A stretch of 32,000 nt of DNA from Candidatus Hermodarchaeota archaeon (GTDB lineage: Archaea; Asgardarchaeota; Heimdallarchaeia; Hodarchaeales; Hodarchaeaceae): NCBI GenBank assembly GCA_048886185.1, contig JBHLKY010000009.1:1-32000 (forward strand), given 5' to 3'. This document shows, one piece after another, positions 26,872 through 32,000 of the stretch. The first letter of the stretch is position 1. Every line of letters starts with the position of its first letter. The notes beneath the pieces were generated by a model. That model made no database searches, was not told the DNA's origin, and worked only from the letters and a program-made list of their open reading frames with translations. A program made the translations under genes and the position numbers.

Positions 26872-27558
26872 ATGCAGATTGATGAGGTTGAACTAGCTGG
26901 ATTTGTAAAAATTTCAAAAGATACAGATGCTTTACTTGTTGTCGATATGCAGAATGATTTCCTGCCTAATGGAGCTTTACCTGTAATTGACGGTGATAAG
27001 ATAGTCCCTGGTATCAATTACCTTTCAGCTAAATTTCATCAAATTGAAAACCCTATCGTGTTTACACAGGATTGGCATCCTCCAGACCATTTTTCTTTTG
27101 CCAGTACCCATCCAGGGAAGAGTCCTTATGACCCTATTTCTGAAATTGAAGGAATAGGCCCCATTTTGTGGCCAGATCATTGTGTTCAAGGTACTCATGG
27201 AGCTAATTTTGCCCCTAGATTACAAACAGTGAATGCAACCCTAATTCTTCGAAAAGGATTTCATAAGACTATTGACTCATACTCGGCCTTTTTGGAAAAT
27301 GATAGGAATACTGAAACTGGTCTTAAAACTTATCTAGAAGCCGTTGGAATAAACAGAGTGTTTATTTGCGGATTAGCTTTAGACTATTGCGTCTATTTCT
27401 CTAGTATCGATGCTAAATCTTTTGCAGAACTTGAAGTAGTCCTTGTTCTCGATTTAACAAAACCTGTTAATTCGCCCGAGGATAGCGTTTCTAATGCGCT
27501 CCAAGATATGAAAGATCATAATATTCTATTTGTGAGTTCTGATCAAATCCTTAGTTAG
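26872..27558 (+). CDS. pncA: Nicotinamidase/pyrazinamidase
   Basis: VDMQNDF, TQDWHP, WPDHCVQG, RKG, SYSAF and GLALDYCV motifs. Confidence 0.96.
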   Translation: MQIDEVELAGFVKISKDTDALLVVDMQNDFLPNGALPVIDGDKIVPGINYLSAKFHQIENPIVFTQDWHPPDHFSFASTHPGKSPYDPISEIEGIGPILWPDHCVQGTHGANFAPRLQTVNATLILRKGFHKTIDSYSAFLENDRNTETGLKTYLEAVGINRVFICGLALDYCVYFSSIDAKSFAELEVVLVLDLTKPVNSPEDSVSNALQDMKDHNILFVSSDQILS

Positions 27559-27565
27559 AAAGAAG

Positions 27566-28174
27566 CTACTCTGTTTCCTCGCTTGACCTTAGTGTTAAAT
27601 ACTTTTGGACGAGAAAAACTAATAGGATAATAGCAATTGAGATTGTAATCCCCAGTGTTCCAAATTCTCCAGTCCCCATCTCGATGAAAAAATTATTAGT
27701 CACAAATAGAATTCCCCAAGAAATTAGGAGGATTATCCAAACTAAGAGAAAAAACGAGCTTAACTGATTATAATATGATTTTATAAGTAATTGCTTTTCA
27801 GTGCTATTTAAAGGGTATGTGACATATTCTTGATCAAATTGATTATATTTGAAGGAAATTAACCATATTTTATAGAAAGACCAAGATAATATTACACCAA
27901 GCGAAAGTAAATAAGGATTCTGTAAATAAAAGAGATTTCCACACGTGAAAAATGCAGTTACCAATGAGCGATATTCTAATTTTAGTGTTAAAATACCATA
28001 AATTGCTACAAACCCGAGGATAATTAGGATTAGTTCAACGAATACAAAACGAATCGAATGGGACGCAAGGAAAGGAAGGGAAAGAATAAACCAGAATAAA
28101 GGGATAAATGTAAATAAAATAAAACAGGATATCATCATTATTCGAAAAAAAAATAGTATTTGGTTTATTCTCAT
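27566..28174 (-). CDS. Membrane protein, last gene of the MoxR operon
   Basis: About 6 hydrophobic segments; 4-nt overlap with the DUF58 gene. Confidence 0.8.
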   Translation of the reverse strand: MRINQILFFFRIMMISCFILFTFIPLFWFILSLPFLASHSIRFVFVELILIILGFVAIYGILTLKLEYRSLVTAFFTCGNLFYLQNPYLLSLGVILSWSFYKIWLISFKYNQFDQEYVTYPLNSTEKQLLIKSYYNQLSSFFLLVWIILLISWGILFVTNNFFIEMGTGEFGTLGITISIAIILLVFLVQKYLTLRSSEETE

Positions 28175-29415
28175 GTAATATGTCTCTTTTTTATTACTTC
28201 ATATTTAGGACCATATGGGAACCAATGAATTTGTGAAATGCCCAATTTAGTTATTTTTTTCTGTATATAATCCCGATCGAGCGATAAAAGGGCGTTTGCT
28301 ATTTGGGATGAGTCTGAGGAGGTAGGATCTCCTTCGATGTTTGTTTCTAAACAAGGTATAATTAGGGTAATCTCATGCCCTCTTTGAGCGAGTTCTTGAA
28401 TAAAGTTGACAATATCACGATTGTAAAGCGGACTGATGAAAAAAACTTGAGAGAAAGGAGGGAGAGATGGTAAAAGTCCTTTAGACAATCGTGGGTATAG
28501 AGTATCCATAAAAAGAGGTTTAGAACAAGTAACATCAATAAGAAATTCATTTATACTAAGTAGTTGACGTTTACCTAGTGCAGCAGGTATTTTATGTAAG
28601 AATTCACCTATTCCAAAAAATCCAGTTTTATTTCGCTGGGAAATTAGATATTCTGAAGTTGATAAAGCAGCCATAACGCCTTCCTCTAATACTCTAATTG
28701 TAGAGTAAGTATGATCAAAAATTATAAATACACGAGCAGAATGATCTAAGGCATATTCATTTGCTGCGAGTCGATTGTACTTTGCGGTAACTCGCCAGTT
28801 GATTGTTCTAACCTCATCACCCTCTTGGTAGTCACGGACTCCTTGGAAATCAAAATCCCGGCCTTTATATATCAAACTAGGAATATAGCCTGTTTCTGGT
28901 AATAATCTTTGACGAGAAATTGGTAAAAACTTTAATTTAATTAGGGGTGGAACTACATCGAAAGAACTGAAAACTGGGTATTCAAATGGCTTAGAACGGA
29001 ATAAAAAATAATCAGAACCACGAATGAACGTAGGCCCTAGCCTAAAACGCCCCCGTTGATGACATTGTATTGCATATGAAAGTGTGATCTTTTCAGCTTC
29101 ATTAAGCTCAGAAATCCAGTGATTTGACCCCTCATTTATTGTACACTTATCAGGTATTATATCAACGATTTCAAGGACAGGTATTCGCTTTCCGTTATTC
29201 TTAATGCTTAGTTTTATATGAATAAGTTCTCCTTTTTTTTCTGTCTTATTTCGAGATAACCACCGTTTTACTTCAAGATTTTCGACATCGATATCTTCTG
29301 TAGTAAGTGAAAAATAGAAAATGGTGATGATTGGGAGAATTATAGCGGCAATGATCCAAATTTGAAACAAGATAGCTACAAAAAGAAGTACTAAAGCTAA
29401 ATTTGGTAGATTCAA
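28171..29415 (-). CDS. DUF58 domain protein (MoxR-associated)
   Basis: N-terminal TM segment, an Ig-like region (EIVDIIP...RGRFRLGP) and DFQGVRDYQEGDEVRTINWRVTAK. Confidence 0.92.
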   Translation of the reverse strand: MNLPNLALVLLFVAILFQIWIIAAIILPIITIFYFSLTTEDIDVENLEVKRWLSRNKTEKKGELIHIKLSIKNNGKRIPVLEIVDIIPDKCTINEGSNHWISELNEAEKITLSYAIQCHQRGRFRLGPTFIRGSDYFLFRSKPFEYPVFSSFDVVPPLIKLKFLPISRQRLLPETGYIPSLIYKGRDFDFQGVRDYQEGDEVRTINWRVTAKYNRLAANEYALDHSARVFIIFDHTYSTIRVLEEGVMAALSTSEYLISQRNKTGFFGIGEFLHKIPAALGKRQLLSINEFLIDVTCSKPLFMDTLYPRLSKGLLPSLPPFSQVFFISPLYNRDIVNFIQELAQRGHEITLIIPCLETNIEGDPTSSDSSQIANALLSLDRDYIQKKITKLGISQIHWFPYGPKYEVIKKRHIT

Positions 29416-29460
29416 AGGATCAATGTTTTTTATCAGATAAACTCCTCCAATTTAAATTCC

Positions 29461-30429
29461 TTACTCTTTCCGAGGAGCCTTAACCTTTTCCAATATTTTC
29501 TCTATAAGCATTTCTGAAGAAGTACCTGAAAGCCAAGAACTTATTTCAAGAATCATTCTATGTGCTAAAGCCGCTGGTGCAAGTTCTTTCACATCTTGGG
29601 GAATCACATAATCTCGCCCATTCAGAACCGCATTTGCTCTTGACAATGACATTAAGTCTAATGATCCGCGTGGGGAAGATCCCACTTTTACTGATTGCAT
29701 CTCTCGTGTTTGAGAGACAATTTTAACAATATACTCTTTAATCTCTTCAGAAACATGAATATTCTCGACAGATTGCTGCATCTTGTAAAAAATCGACCGG
29801 TCGGTCACTTTAGAAACATCAAAGGTTTTTTTCTTTCTATTGATGCGATTTGTCAAAATAATTTTTTCTGCTTCATTTGAGGGATAACCTATTTTAATCA
29901 TTGCTAGAAATCTGTCAATTTGAGCTTCAGGTAATGCAAATGTTCCTTCAAGTTCTAATGGATTCTGAGTAGCTATAACCAAAAATGGTTTATTTTCTGC
30001 CAATGGGTATGTGATCCCTCCCACGGTTACTTGATATTCACCCATTGCTTCCAGTAAGGCACTTTGTGTTTTAGGTGTTGCACGATTAATTTCATCAGCA
30101 AGAATAATATCTGCGAAGATGGGGCCTGCTTTAAATTCAAAATCATTTATTTTTTGGTTATATATCTCTGAACCAGTTAAATCTTGAGGTAATAAATCAG
30201 GAGTAAACTGAATTCTTTTGAATTCGCAACCTAATGCTGTTGCAAACGATTTGCATATCATAGTTTTGGCTAAACCTGGGTAGTCCTCAAAGAGAATATG
30301 TCCATCAGCTAAAAATGCCAACATGACTTTCTGGAGAACATCTTTTTTTCCTATTATATGCCTAGAAATTTCATTAAGAATATCATCACATAATTTTGAA
30401 GTTTCTTCAATTTGCAAACTAAAGATCAC
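29461..30429 (-). CDS. moxR: MoxR family AAA+ ATPase
   Basis: EDYPGLAKT (Walker A), RIQFTPDLLPQD, LADEINRATPKTQSALLEAM, ATQNP, LPEAQIDRF and SPRG. The start is probably the TTG about 12 nt downstream (MQIEE). Confidence 0.97.
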   Translation of the reverse strand: MIFSLQIEETSKLCDDILNEISRHIIGKKDVLQKVMLAFLADGHILFEDYPGLAKTMICKSFATALGCEFKRIQFTPDLLPQDLTGSEIYNQKINDFEFKAGPIFADIILADEINRATPKTQSALLEAMGEYQVTVGGITYPLAENKPFLVIATQNPLELEGTFALPEAQIDRFLAMIKIGYPSNEAEKIILTNRINRKKKTFDVSKVTDRSIFYKMQQSVENIHVSEEIKEYIVKIVSQTREMQSVKVGSSPRGSLDLMSLSRANAVLNGRDYVIPQDVKELAPAALAHRMILEISSWLSGTSSEMLIEKILEKVKAPRKE

Positions 30430-30881
30430 TCCTTTTCATAAACCAATTTGATATCTAGTAATCCTTGCAGTTCATTTAAGATCTGAATATACTGGTTCAT
30501 TATTTCTTCCTGATAATTTAAGTTAGAACGAAAAATGAGATCCTTTTGGAGGTGTGCCCATCTTTCAGGATCATTTATAAGCAGATTAAGATTTTCACTA
30601 GTCTGTAGATTGCCTTCCTCTCCAGTAAGATCAATATATTCTTTAATAGACCTAGATAGCGCCATTGCGAGTTCTTCCTTTTGTTTTGAATATACACTTG
30701 AGGCAAGTCGAAAGAATCTGCTATAGGATATGCTATGAGGCCTAGGAGGTTCGATATACTTTGTTTTTGCTTTTCTAAAGTGCTTTGTAACTTTTTCTTC
30801 TTCATTTCTTTTGTAAGAATTAATGGCCCAAAAAGTAAGAATTATTAATACAAGCAATAATACAATAAACAGGGGGTCCAT
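30426..30881 (-). CDS. Single-TM hypothetical protein in the MoxR operon
   Basis: N-terminal hydrophobic anchor; overlaps or abuts both neighbours. Confidence 0.8.
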   Translation of the reverse strand: MDPLFIVLLLVLIILTFWAINSYKRNEEEKVTKHFRKAKTKYIEPPRPHSISYSRFFRLASSVYSKQKEELAMALSRSIKEYIDLTGEEGNLQTSENLNLLINDPERWAHLQKDLIFRSNLNYQEEIMNQYIQILNELQGLLDIKLVYEKE

Positions 30882-30882
30882 C

Positions 30883-31800
30883 TCAATCCTCTGCCTCTTC
30901 TTCAGTATTATTCTTTTGAGCTAAATCGGGAAAAATAATTTTTGCGGCTAAAGATTTAGCTAAACTCACTTTTTGGTCGGAAATATCATGGCGTGAGAAC
31001 TTAACCTCTTCGAACACGTTTGTAAGGTTTTCAATTAAAGGAGGAGATGTTAAACTCTTTGTGACCACATCTTTACTGAATTCTGTTGGAGTGAAACTTG
31101 ATGAACTGTCAGCACCTCGTTCTTCTAGACATGCTGATGCTTGATAATAGCATTCAATCACGGTTCTTAATTTATAGTGGGTTTCAGCATGTTTTTTTCC
31201 GAAATCTTCATTTTCTGTTGATTCGGAGTCTTTAAAGCTCGATCTTAGCCGAAGTATCATCATAAATAAAAGTGGAAATAAAAGGAGACTGATGAAAAAA
31301 AAGCTGCCAAACTCTTGTATAATTTGCAGAAATGAACTAAAATCTAGTGTGTTTGTATTCACTAGCCCTGGAACTGAGGAGGATGAGTCGGTCGTTTCTT
31401 GTTTTGATATTGGTGATTCAGTGGGTGGTATTGAAGTACTTGTAGAATTTGGATTAATAATTGGAAAAATAGGTTCTTCCTCTCCTTCGGGTCGCTCTAA
31501 AGCTCCCAAATAGGCTGTAAAAATAAATGTTATTAGAAGTACTATTATTATAAATGTTAGTAAAGCCCAAGGGTATTTGTGCTTTGTACGGTAATTCAAG
31601 TAAATGTAAATACCAGAAACTATAGGTAAAATCACTCCTAATGTCTCAAATATCGGATACCTTAACTTAAAAATAGGTTTAATGTTTAAAAATCCTGAAA
31701 TTTGGCCTAATGATGCTTGAGCAAAGGCTAAAGCGATTAATAGGAGACAAAAGACAAGGAATTCTTTTTGAAACAAGGAATTGAAATCTTTAGTGTTCAC
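30883..31800 (-). CDS. DUF4129-domain membrane protein
   Basis: TM segments, a Ser/Thr/Pro-rich linker, and C-terminal IECYY...TPTEF...LTNVFEEVKFS. Confidence 0.85.
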   Translation of the reverse strand: MNTKDFNSLFQKEFLVFCLLLIALAFAQASLGQISGFLNIKPIFKLRYPIFETLGVILPIVSGIYIYLNYRTKHKYPWALLTFIIIVLLITFIFTAYLGALERPEGEEEPIFPIINPNSTSTSIPPTESPISKQETTDSSSSVPGLVNTNTLDFSSFLQIIQEFGSFFFISLLLFPLLFMMILRLRSSFKDSESTENEDFGKKHAETHYKLRTVIECYYQASACLEERGADSSSSFTPTEFSKDVVTKSLTSPPLIENLTNVFEEVKFSRHDISDQKVSLAKSLAAKIIFPDLAQKNNTEEEAED

Positions 31801-32000
31801 ATTTAATCCTGCTGCTCATATCTGTTAAGTTATTTATGTTCATTTTTAACTTATTACATTTTTCTCTTCATGCAAGTTTTCTCGATTTGTGTTCAATCCG
31901 TATTGACTTTTTATTAGTTTAATCCAAATTTTTTTAAATAGTACATTCGATTAAATATTATAGAACAAATATTTATTCCCTGACTTTGTTTTTTATTGAT

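Noticed and set aside
1405-31513. Short ORFs in the track that overlap longer genes (e.g. 1405-1653, 1742-1957, 3579-3764, 5323-5610, 8782-8970, 9159-9383, 11015-11197, 17342-18473, 20074-20286, 21514-21768, 22646-23077, 24601-24807, 28362-28550, 29695-29880, 30535-30805, 31292-31513)
   Set aside because: They are antisense or off-frame shadows of well-supported genes, with no motifs or SD signals.
27566-31800. MoxR/DUF58/DUF4129 operon as a novel system
   Set aside because: This is a common, already described arrangement in bacteria and archaea.
1-32000. tRNA/rRNA genes, transposases, integrases, Sec/Pyl readthrough
   Set aside because: Intergenic regions are uniformly AT-rich with no cloverleaf-like segments, no such ORFs were recognised, and no known protein is interrupted by TGA or TAG.

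Overview
32 kb AT-rich (roughly one-third GC by eye) chromosomal segment from an archaeon, most likely Asgard (Heimdallarchaeia/Hodarchaeales-like). The inference rests on a Rab-like small GTPase, two tail-less archaeal histones, a DmrX-like flavoprotein and archaeal TATA/GGTGA signals. About 32 CDS, mostly housekeeping or metabolic: TetR operon, ICMT-like methyltransferase, tandem-GNAT/GT2/tandem-GNAT cassette, cation:proton antiporter, PhzF, gpmA, S9 peptidase, GGT, pncA/pncB and a MoxR/DUF58/DUF4129 operon. I saw no rRNA, tRNA, CRISPR array or mobile element. Most notable: (1) both histone genes share a full regulatory architecture (TATA, fixed-spacer 22-bp palindrome at the predicted start site, identical SD, matching 3' U/C tract) although their codon usage differs sharply; (2) a 4-TM protein ending in a HEPN domain with an intact RX4H motif; (3) a highly divergent RtcB-fold protein; (4) a PolD-DP1-N-like domain fused to a wHTH; (5) a divergent ArsR/bactofilin pair, both carrying SHOCT-like helices. 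All family calls come from motif recognition by eye; no searches were run.
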